From Dudresnaya verticillata (Eukaryota), in the NCBI GenBank assembly GCA_977862235.1, contig OZ374564.1:2108001-2172000 (forward strand): 64,000 nt of DNA, in the 5' to 3' direction. Below the pieces are notes generated by a model. That model was not told the DNA's origin and made no database searches. It saw nothing but the letters and a program-made list of their open reading frames with translations. A program made the translations under genes and the position numbers. Shown here piece by piece: positions 11,291 to 21,124 of the stretch. The stretch's first letter is position 1; each line of letters opens with the position of its first letter.

Positions 11291-13041
11291 TCGCTATCGA
11301 GTTGCAAGCAGACCGGTTTTCTGCTTACAAGATGAACAAGAAAAACCTCAAGCACAGAGAAAGCTATGGCCCAGAGCATTTGTTTCCGGTGTATATATTA
11401 TCAAAACTTGATATCCCGAGATATATATAAGTTTTCGTCTGTTTTGGAATAGTGGTATGCCTTACCCCATCGGCAACACACTGAACTGCTACCCCTGAAT
11501 CCACAAGAAATCACCTCGCTCCTTTCCCGCCCTCCATACTCACAGGCTGCATAATTTGCAAGTCGTTTCGATAACGTGTTCTTGCATATAAGCGCAATTG
11601 CCTTCCCAGGGTCACTTAAACAGCTACTTAACAACAATATCAGAACACCACCGTGTTGGCTGAAGAGTTTGAGAGCGCGCTAGAATCAAAAGTATGGCCG
11701 AGGGAAACGTTGGGCATATCGATGGGGAGCAAAGAAGGGATGGGGACGAGGCCCTGCAGAAGCCTGTACCTCGATTTGGACAATTAGTGCGCATATTGAC
11801 GAGTTGAATGAGCAATGAGCAATTCTTGAAGATGAATCCAGAAGAAAATGGTCAGTGCTGTTTGCACGTACCAGAAGCTCCCGTCCTCTCTGTCGATTTT
11901 GGGAGAAGGATTTACGATAGAGACGAGTTTGTAGTCGATGTCGTCGACTCGATGAACCCGAATTGTAAAGAGCAAAGCCGTCCAAGCTCGAAATGATGGG
12001 ACTCAGGGTTTGGCGAGAGAACAAGTATTCTCAGTGTGGATGAGTAACACAATGCGCGCAGATGTACAGTTTTTACTCGGGGATTAGTTGTCAGGCAGTG
12101 TACCTAATGATTACAGCGAAAAGAATTCGCAGGACACATGGACAGAGCATGCCTCTATTTACTCGGGCTGTTGTCTGTTCTTCTGCGTCCTTAAGACCCC
12201 CAAATTGTCTTGTTCTGTGAATGAAAGAGGTAATCAGTTGGTCGAGCAAACGTTCCAACGATGCCCAGCGAATAGCTTCGTGTGGCCCAGCGACGAGTGA
12301 GTAATGCTGTTAGCATTATAAGAAGAGGCCTTTTAAAATGGGAGACGTGTCCCATGAGAAGCCCTTCCTGAGCGAATTCATACCTTTGGTTTTTGGCAGC
12401 ATTTTATTTCCATGGGCCGCATAGAGTCGCTCAAAGCCCCGATGTGTATTTTCAGAGAAGTGTTTTTCAACGAGCGATGAATTCGTTGGGCATTCACAGA
12501 AGCAATAGAAGTCATCAAGCATGCCGTGTGCCAACGTCTTGCAATCACACGTGCAAGGGAAACAAATCCACACACTCAGTAACAGACTTTGGAATACTAA
12601 AAGTGAAAGTAACATGATAGCTTCAATGGCCAGCTCCTTCAAAACAAGCCGACGGTGCTGGAGCATACCATCGACGGTTTAAGTGCGCGTCCAAAGTTGT
12701 TTTTATCAAAGATAATTTGGCCCAGCGTCGTGGCCGGCTTAGGAAGGTGCCAAAAACATCATGTTGTGCTGTAACCGTCAGGTGCCTGGAAGGAAGGTTG
12801 CCATATGCAGCCTCTCTACATTTGGAGGCAGCCACATGGATAGATAGTAGCTCTGTTGCGAGACTTTCTCTGACGACCTACAACGCCGTCACTTCCTCGA
12901 ATCAACTTTCTGCCTGCTACCTCCTCACAACACAGAGGTGTTATTCTGTGGAAGTGGAAAGAAATTCGCGCAGCCCTTTTCCCAAGCACGAGCCACACAC
13001 ACCAACCTTCGTTGCGACTTATTCTTGACTTGCATACATTA

Positions 13042-14205
13042 TTATACTCTTTCTGATCGAATAGCTCGTATGGTAGCCACAGCATACTCACCCAGTAGTG
13101 GCGCTACCAGAGCAAATATTTGGGGAATCACTATCGAGAGAACCAACATCCCAATATCTGGGGTTATTGCTCGCATTGCAAACACAACAGCCACTGTTCC
13201 CACAATCGATGTACTCGCTTCTAGAAACATGACTTGCTCGTTCGTAACCTTCTTTCGTTCGCTGTACGAGGGAGCGCAGTACGCTACCAAGCTGGTTACA
13301 CCACTAGCTATTGGGAGTGAGACAACAATAATCAGCTCTCCAACGGTATACCCCGTTAACAGAAACGAGATCGGTGCGCTATTGTCCGAATATATTAAAT
13401 CGCAGCATTCACCAATATCAATGTTTTCGTTGTAGTTTGCGTTATCTTCTCGGCATTCTGAAGCATTTGAACCCGGCGGTCGTTGAATAAGCAAAACGCT
13501 AATTACCAGCACAACGTCGACGAGTGCAGTTAGAATACTCAATACGACTCGAAGTCGAAGGTGCTTCCTCAAACCAATTCGCACAAGAATGACAAGAACC
13601 GTTTGCCCAACCAAAATGCCGAGGGGTACAAAAATGGAGAGTTCGCTTTCAAAGATTTGATAAAAAATGTCCGAGAGTTTAAGCCAAGCAATCGGTAGAT
13701 CATCGACGTTGGAACTTAGGAAAAGATCCAATGGGAATCTTGCAAAAACTGTTATCCAAAAGAGCAAATAGACCAAGACAACAGCGAAAATGATACTCTG
13801 CAGAATTAATAGACGAACTCTACCTGCACCTTCCGGGGCAGCCTGCTTCCGAATCCTGGACTTTATCGCGAGGGATTCGACAGCAACGCTGGAAATCTCT
13901 GTTAGACAAAGAGCCACCGCGACTATGGTTGTATACAATCTTGAAAAGCCACATTTCGCTGTAGCAAGAAACATAGACCGGGTTGAGATTGCAATCGTTG
14001 CAATACCACAAAGGGATTCAATGCCTAGCGCTACGACTGCCAACTTGTTGCGAGATAGAGGAAGAGCCAGAGACTTAACGATTGTAAAGAAAATCTCGAT
14101 GGCAGCCAGAGTAAATACAGTGCTGTTTAGGGGCGTCGCCCCAGTGCCAAGAGAATCCTGTCGCTTAATATTCAATGCAAAATGCTCCCGAGAATTAATA
14201 TGCAT
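13042..14205 (-). CDS. Multi-pass membrane protein, tandem paralogue 2
   Basis: Intact 387-aa ORF, colinear with paralogues 1 and 3 and the most divergent of the three. Confidence 0.8.
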   Translation of the reverse strand: MHINSREHFALNIKRQDSLGTGATPLNSTVFTLAAIEIFFTIVKSLALPLSRNKLAVVALGIESLCGIATIAISTRSMFLATAKCGFSRLYTTIVAVALCLTEISSVAVESLAIKSRIRKQAAPEGAGRVRLLILQSIIFAVVLVYLLFWITVFARFPLDLFLSSNVDDLPIAWLKLSDIFYQIFESELSIFVPLGILVGQTVLVILVRIGLRKHLRLRVVLSILTALVDVVLVISVLLIQRPPGSNASECREDNANYNENIDIGECCDLIYSDNSAPISFLLTGYTVGELIIVVSLPIASGVTSLVAYCAPSYSERKKVTNEQVMFLEASTSIVGTVAVVFAMRAITPDIGMLVLSIVIPQIFALVAPLLGEYAVATIRAIRSERV

Positions 14206-15129
14206 ACCTCGCTTGTTCAGTTTCTAGCGTTAAGAACGCTTTCAATCTGAGATTCAAACACAGGAATGACTCCCTGTCGGTTTCGGAGAAGGATTTGCTA
14301 CGAGGTAAGTTTGTAATCGTTAACCCCGAATTCTAGTGGAAAGAAAAAACAAACTCGCAATGATGGGGGCCCAGGGTTTGGGGGAGTGTGATAAAACGAT
14401 GCTGATACAGGGAGAAACGAAGCGTTCTCAGCATCGAAAGGTAACATAATGGGTCTATATGAATAGTTTTAGTCGGGGACTAGTTGCGGCTAATAAATGC
14501 TGCGAAAAGAATGCAAAGGGCACAGGGACAGAGCAATGCCTCTATTTTCTTGGGCTTTTGTCTGCTTTTCTGCGTCCTCAAAACCCCCAAATCTTGTTGT
14601 AAGCGGATAAAAGAGATAATCAGTTGGGTCGAGCAAGGCTTCCAACGTTTTTTCCCAACGAGGAGCTGCATGTGGCCAGGCACCAAGAGTCAGAAATACC
14701 GTTGAGATGCTGACGAGAGAACAAACAAGAGATGAGTCCCATGAGAAGCCCTTCCTAAGCGAATTCATATTATCTGTCTGTGGTAGAAGGTTATTTCCTT
14801 GGCCCACCTGTAGTCGCTCAAAGCATCGAAGGGCATTATCAGAGAAGAATTTCGTATCGAGCATGAATTTGCGGGGCATCCGCAACACCAATAAAGGTCA
14901 TAAAGCGCGTTGTGTGCTAACTGAACGTATTGCAACCTCACAACTCTTCAATGGCAAAAAAGCACACTCTCAGCAACAGACTTTGGAGAACGGAAAGGGG
15001 AAGAAGCATTAACAACTAACTCTTTCTCCCAACAAATCGAGAGGATGGTTCAAATGCGCGTCTGAAAATTTCAATCAAAATGATTGATTTGGCCCACCTA
15101 AAAGAACTAATAAATCTGAACCATTTCAA

Positions 15130-15600
15130 ACCTGCCAAATGCGTCAGTCTGCCATCCGACCACACTCCACCACTCTACAAGCTCTCACACGCGCGAGACC
15201 ACCCCCAAAATGCCATTCAACACAAGCTGGCTACAAGGACTACGGAAACCCGCTCGAAGTACGCTGCAAGCGGCCTGGCACGCACAACAAACGATCAACG
15301 CTATCCAGCTGCTCCCCGGAGGGAGACTCCAGGAGCACCTGCGGTCCCCCTCACGGTATGCTGCCATTTGCGCCTCAATGTACATTGTGTGGCAAGCTTC
15401 CCTGACAGGCTCGCGAAGCGCACCCATATTCTCCACGCTCCTCCTTCCTCCCGCCTTTCGGCTAGCCGACCACCGTGACCATAAGTTCGCTGTTGGGTGG
15501 AATCTAGGAACCTTCCCATCCTGTCCCCTAAGACCCCAGTCTACCCTATCAGGCCACAACGCCTGCCGTACTGTATAGTGAGATACCCGAGTCCTCTATA
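15130..15600 (+). mobile_element. Probable 3' fragment of a non-LTR retrotransposon
   Basis: HKFAVGWNLGTFP closely resembles HRHLAVRWHLGTFP at ~46800-46840, which lies downstream of LINE RT fragments. Confidence 0.4.
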
Positions 15601-16034
15601 GGAATACTAAGTGCGCCTGCAAATTGGCCCCAGCTGCCCGCGTAGGATCACTCTAAACAAAAAAATAAAGAACAACATCTCCCTCCCCTCAGAGCTCCTC
15701 GCTGTATCACGAGCATTGGTAGCCATCCGCGAAATCTGCCCAGAATATCAACACATCAGACCCATTCCTCTCCGTCCTAGAATAGGAAGGGGGTATTATC
15801 CCCTACCGTGCAGTGTGCTTGCCAATGGGCCCGAGTTGCCTGCACAGGAACACAATAGACAACCAATAAATCAAACAACACTAACACACCATCAACACTC
15901 ATGCTGCCGCATCTTTCATACTTTTCATAAAGTGCGTATCATAAAAAAAACATTTGCACAGACCATTTGCCAAACACGGTCACACGCTCCGATCTTCGTC
16001 CTGAGCTGCTCTAGATTTGTATTTCTTAGCCTAT

Positions 16035-17192
16035 TCATGCCCTTTGTGATCGAATAGTTCGTATGGTAGCCACAGCATATTCACCCAGAAGTGGCGCTAC
16101 CAGAGCAAATATTTGAGGTATCACAATCGTCAGAGCCGGCACCGCAATATCTTTGGCTATTGCCTGCATGGCAAACACGACAATCGCTGTTCCCACAATC
16201 GATGTACTCGTCTCTAGAAACATGACTTGCTCGTTCGTAACTTTCTTTCTCTCGCTGTACAAGGGAACACCATACGCTAACAAGGCAGTCACACCACTAG
16301 CCACTGGCAAAGAGCCAACAACAATCAGCTCCGAAATAAATTGGCCCACTAGTAAAAGCGAGAACGCTGCACTATTGTCACCATATAGAAAGTTGCAACA
16401 TTCGACTCCTACATCATTGAGTCCTCCATCTAAGCACCAGTTCTCTGCACGTTTCGATGGCAGAATAAGAAGAACGGTAACCACCACCAGCACAGTGTCC
16501 ACGAGTGCAGTCACAAGGCTCAAGAAGACTCGAAGGCGAAGGCGCTGCCTCAACCCAATTCGCACCAGAATGGCAACAGCTGTTTGTCCAACCAAAATTC
16601 CGAGCGGTACGAAGACCGAGAGCTCACTAGCAAAGATTTGCCAAAAGATATCCGCGAGTTTAAACCAAATAGACGCGTCTGGTACATCCTCAACTACGGT
16701 AGTTGCGATAAGATCCAAAGGGGCTTTTGCAAAAACTGTTATCCAAAAGAGCAAATAGACCAAGACAACAGCGAAAACGATACTCTGCAGAATTAATAGA
16801 CGAACTCTACCTGTACCTTCCGGGGCAACCTGCTTTTGAATCCTCGAATTGATCGCTATGGATTCGACAACAATGCTGGAAATCTCTGTCAGACAAAGAG
16901 CCACCGCGACTATGGTTGTATACAATCTTGAAAAGCCACATTTCGCAGTAGATACAAAGATAGACCGGGTTGAAATTGCAATCGTTGCAATACCACAAAG
17001 AGACTCAATGACTAGCGCTACGACTGCCAACTTGTTGCGAGATAGAGGAAGAGCCAGGGACTTAACGATTGTGAAGACAATCTCGATAGCAACGAGAGTA
17101 AATACAGCATAGGTTAGGGGCGTTGCCCCAGTGCCAGGAGAATCCTGTCGCTTAATCTTCAATGCAAAATGCTTCCGAGAATTGATATGCAT
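16035..17192 (-). CDS. Multi-pass membrane protein, tandem paralogue 3
   Basis: Intact ORF from ATG 17192, near-identical to paralogue 1 except in two loops. Confidence 0.8.
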   Translation of the reverse strand: MHINSRKHFALKIKRQDSPGTGATPLTYAVFTLVAIEIVFTIVKSLALPLSRNKLAVVALVIESLCGIATIAISTRSIFVSTAKCGFSRLYTTIVAVALCLTEISSIVVESIAINSRIQKQVAPEGTGRVRLLILQSIVFAVVLVYLLFWITVFAKAPLDLIATTVVEDVPDASIWFKLADIFWQIFASELSVFVPLGILVGQTAVAILVRIGLRQRLRLRVFLSLVTALVDTVLVVVTVLLILPSKRAENWCLDGGLNDVGVECCNFLYGDNSAAFSLLLVGQFISELIVVGSLPVASGVTALLAYGVPLYSERKKVTNEQVMFLETSTSIVGTAIVVFAMQAIAKDIAVPALTIVIPQIFALVAPLLGEYAVATIRTIRSQRA

Positions 17193-18473
17193 ATCTCGAT
17201 TGTTCGGTTGCAACTATTAAGAATGGCTGCACTTTGAGAGGAAAATCGGCGTGGATACGAGGACCTTGATATTGACCTTGTTGGAGAGAAGGATGTTTTA
17301 CGAAGTGATCGAAGACGAATCCAGAAGAATGTTAGTGCCGTTCAAACCTTTGAACGTACCAGAAGGTCCTGTCGCTCAATGCAGGTCTGGAAAAATAGAT
17401 TTTGAATGCGCTAAGTTCGTAGTCGTTAACCCGAACTCTAAAGGGAAATGCCAAACTCGCAATGAAGGGGGCTCGGGAGGTTGGAGGAGGGAACGCGTGC
17501 TGAGCGTCGATAGATAACACAATCGGTTTGTATGAAACGTTTTCACTCTGGGATTAGTTGTCAGCTAGCACGTATTGAAATATGTAGCGAAAAGAGTGTA
17601 CACGACACATGGACATGCCTCTATTTCCTTGGGCAGTTGTATATTCTTCTGCGTCTGTTAGGACCCCAAACTCGAATATTTTGCGGATGAAAGAAGTAAT
17701 CAGTTGAGTCGAACAGACTTTTGCATTGCCCCACGAATAGCTTCGTATGGGCCGGCGATGAGTAGTAATACCGTTGAAGTTCTAAGAGGCCAAACAGGGG
17801 ATGCGCCCCACGAGAAGCCCTTCCTGAGCAAACTCACCATCATCATCACGAAATCATCATACCTTCGGATTGTGGCAGCAATGTATTTCGTTGGGCCGCA
17901 CATCGTTGCTCAAAGTCCCGACGTGCATTCTCAGAGAAGCATTTTGCAATCGGAGATGAATTCATGGGGCATCGCAAAAGCCATAAAATTCATGAAGCGC
18001 GTTGTGTGCCAACGTCTTTCGATCACACCTTCAAAGTCACAAAAAATATACACACTCAGTAGCCGACTTTGAAGTACGAAAGTGCTACCTGCTATGCTGG
18101 CAGAATCTAGGCAGAATCTAGAACAATATTAGAAATGTCATTCTTGTATCGCTATCGAGTTACAACTTGCAACTCGATAGCTTGCATCTTGCAAGCAGAC
18201 CTCAAACACAGAGAAAGCTATGGGCCAGAGCATTTGTTTTCGGCACATAGATATCTCGGGATATCAAGTTTTCGTCGTTGGAGTTGGTAGCATACCTTAC
18301 CCCATCGCCGACACAATGAATTTTTACGACTCAACCCACGAGCAATAACCTCGCTCCTTTCCCGCCCTCGCAGACTTGCATCATTTGCAAATCGCATAAC
18401 ATAACGTGTTCTTGCATATAAGCGAAGTTGCCTTCCCAGGGTCACTTAAACAATTACGTAAAACAATATTAGA

Positions 18474-19060
18474 GATGGAGACCTTTATGCATAGGAAAGA
18501 CTACAGCCCCATAAGGGTGCTTACCTAAAACTCATCTGAAAGGCAACGGTCGAAGAGTAAACGGCGGCTAACAGCCACCGCGACAGATTGAAGTACAAGG
18601 GAGGTGAGGTGGGTGAGAAGAGATAGTTTCTCAGATATCGGCGAAGTACCCTTCATAGTAGCTAGGAAGTTCGCGACGCGCTGAGCGCCTCGATCGAACC
18701 CAGAACGAATGGAACCATAGATGTCCATCACCATAGGATGGAGGTCTATCCGGTTGGTAGAACATAAGCGACGATAATGACGGGCTTTCGCTTGCTCGCG
18801 GCGGTGAATAGCTTGATTTTGAGAGCGAGGCGTGTTGGACAGTGTAGTTGGATGGTGTGGGGTCACTACAGAGACGTCAATCGCTTGCAGGAGGGGGGCA
18901 AACGCAGGTTCATCAACATAGACATCCATACGAAGATGGTCATGTCGGTCTTCTTCGAGATGGTCTGCAGCACGTTGTAATTGACGGGCATCGCGACGGC
19001 TTTCTGAAGCAGCGCGTGCAGAAGACGCCACAACTCGGGAATCCCCAGTCTCCTCTAGGG
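18474..19060 (-). mobile_element. 5'-truncated non-LTR retrotransposon with a restriction-like endonuclease (RLE; CRE/R2-type) and a 13-bp TSD
   Basis: LRMDVYV...AIDVSVVTP...REQAKARHY...LHPMVMDIYG matches the PD-(D/E)xK RLE pattern. Flanked by aaacaata(t/c)taga at 18461-18473 and 19061-19073; the empty site is present in the paralogous unit at ~11633-11650. Confidence 0.8.
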
Positions 19061-19540
19061 AAACAATACTAGAACACCACCGTGTTGGCTGAAGATTTTG
19101 AGAGCGTGCCAGAATCAAGTGCAGCTGAGGGAAACGTTGAACTCATCGATAGGGAGCAAAGAAGGGACGGGGGACGATGCTCATATACGCAGCTAGCAGC
19201 TAACAGGTCCCCTGCTGCGGGTTGCGTTAGAGACTCTGTCTGACAGCTGAATTAAGGCTGTGACTGAAAGATGTATGGAGAAGGCTCCGGCTGTGCGACA
19301 ATGCAATGCTTTACACCAGTCTTCTGTGATTGTCGAGCGCACAGGTACACTAACTGTTTGTCGGTCATCGAAAGGCCTACTGCGGACTCAAATAGGCATT
19401 ATCTACTGATGCAAGCGCAACAATAAACCTAGCACAGAACCAACACGACTTTAACTTTCATTTATGTAAAATTCTCAGTGATGAAGTCGAGCGGGGATGA
19501 GAAAAACATCTTGGTAAGATAGCATGTCCAACCAATATCA

Positions 19541-21124
19541 CTACTCGGCTGAAACAACGAGCATTGCTCGCTTTCCAAGCTGTAGATTGGCGATGCATGT
19601 GTCCCACCTTGCGCTCGCAGGAAGCAGTCCTGGGATGTACAGAACACTTCTTGGGTCTTTCAGTAAATTCTCTGAATGTCCGATATTGGAAACCACTAAG
19701 TTCCTGATATCTTGAAGGGTATCAGTCGGACGGAACCTTCGAAAAACTTTCCCGCCACTAGGTAGACGCAAGCCAATGACGACAGCATCGGAACCGTCCT
19801 TCCCAGGCTCAGACGGCAGCTTCTGCCGAGCGTCGTTCCGAATTTGCTTGTCCACTTCACTCTGCCTCTTCTGTTTCGCTTCGTTCTGTTCCCGAGCGCG
19901 ATCAGCAGCTAGAGAGGCCACAAATTCTGCATCTTGCTGCTCGCGCAAAAGGCGAGTCTCCTCTATTTTGACTGCGCTTACATCAGAATGATGTCGTTCC
20001 TCGGGCACGATCTCTTCACGGGCTGTGTGCTCAAACTGGTCCTGGGGATGAGATCTGGAATCGTCGATATCTTCTCCACCGTGCATGTCTGCAACCCCAT
20101 TCCCGAATGGGCTTTGATTACTTGGACTCGGATCGCTAGATATCTGTTCCGGACCTAAGATGTGGTCTGCTTGATTCTCGATTCCCTCTGTATTGCCTGG
20201 ACCATTTACAAGGGTTCCCTCTTGCTCGCCAGCATGATCAATTGTGTAGGCAGAACGGTTCTCAAGTTCCGCTTCCGCTTGACCAGACGGTAGTGAACTT
20301 TCTGGGGCGACACCTCCAAGTGTTGAGTTAGTCGCATAATTGCGCAGTTGGGACAGTTGTTCCCGGTCCTGATTCAGATTTTCTTCAAGGTTACCAACGA
20401 CATTTTGCTCCGCGGTGTCCTCTTGCCCCAGAGAAGCGGCAATGGCTCTCTCAATGGCATACTGCTCATCATACAGGACAACGTCGGGATCACCTCCGCG
20501 ATTGCCAGTAACTCTCTCATCATCTGGATGAGTCAGCCGCCTTGTGCTGACTTTGTGTGATTTGAGACAGTGATGGAGGGTACCGAGTGAGTCTCCTTCG
20601 AGGGAGTGCTCATCGAGAAATGCATTCAGACGATTGTTCAAAAAGTCTGACTCCTCTTCCAAAATATTTGGATCGTCCTCTTCCGTCCAAACTGCTAGGC
20701 GCTCCCCGGTTCGGGGATCGAGCAGTGCGACATGAAGATGTCCAAACTCATCCAAGGGGTAGAAGCATTTGTACTGAGCTGTGTCGTTGGAAGATTTCAG
20801 GCGCAGCCAGAGCACTGCATTGGCGCTTACGCGTTGGTCGAAATACGGATGAAAGGGGTTCTCTGAGCTGCTTGCGGCATGAGAAGTCGGCATCGACAGA
20901 AGGACAATTAGAGCCCACTTGCGGCGTCGGGATGCTTTGTCGGCGAACAGCCTAAATGGGCGCCAGTGGTTGCACATGAAACTTCCTGGTAACTGAGGGG
21001 AGGCTTCGGTAGGCTGGCTCAGCGAAGGAAACCCCTGATCGAAAGGCCCGTCTGGCGCCGGCTGGTTGAGAACCATTTCTTGCGGATCGATAGGTCCGTC
21101 TGGGGCCGGCTGACTGGGATCCAT
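19541..21124 (-). CDS. UBX-domain protein with UIM-like motif (p97/Cdc48 adaptor type)
   Basis: AIERAIAASL (UIM-like), LLREQQDAEFVASLAADR coiled coil and LPSEP...IGLRLPSGGKVFRRFRPTDTL (UBX). Likely start MDPSQP at 21124; the upstream ORF extension runs through a (GT)n repeat. Confidence 0.85.
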   Translation of the reverse strand: MDPSQPAPDGPIDPQEMVLNQPAPDGPFDQGFPSLSQPTEASPQLPGSFMCNHWRPFRLFADKASRRRKWALIVLLSMPTSHAASSSENPFHPYFDQRVSANAVLWLRLKSSNDTAQYKCFYPLDEFGHLHVALLDPRTGERLAVWTEEDDPNILEEESDFLNNRLNAFLDEHSLEGDSLGTLHHCLKSHKVSTRRLTHPDDERVTGNRGGDPDVVLYDEQYAIERAIAASLGQEDTAEQNVVGNLEENLNQDREQLSQLRNYATNSTLGGVAPESSLPSGQAEAELENRSAYTIDHAGEQEGTLVNGPGNTEGIENQADHILGPEQISSDPSPSNQSPFGNGVADMHGGEDIDDSRSHPQDQFEHTAREEIVPEERHHSDVSAVKIEETRLLREQQDAEFVASLAADRAREQNEAKQKRQSEVDKQIRNDARQKLPSEPGKDGSDAVVIGLRLPSGGKVFRRFRPTDTLQDIRNLVVSNIGHSENLLKDPRSVLYIPGLLPASARWDTCIANLQLGKRAMLVVSAE

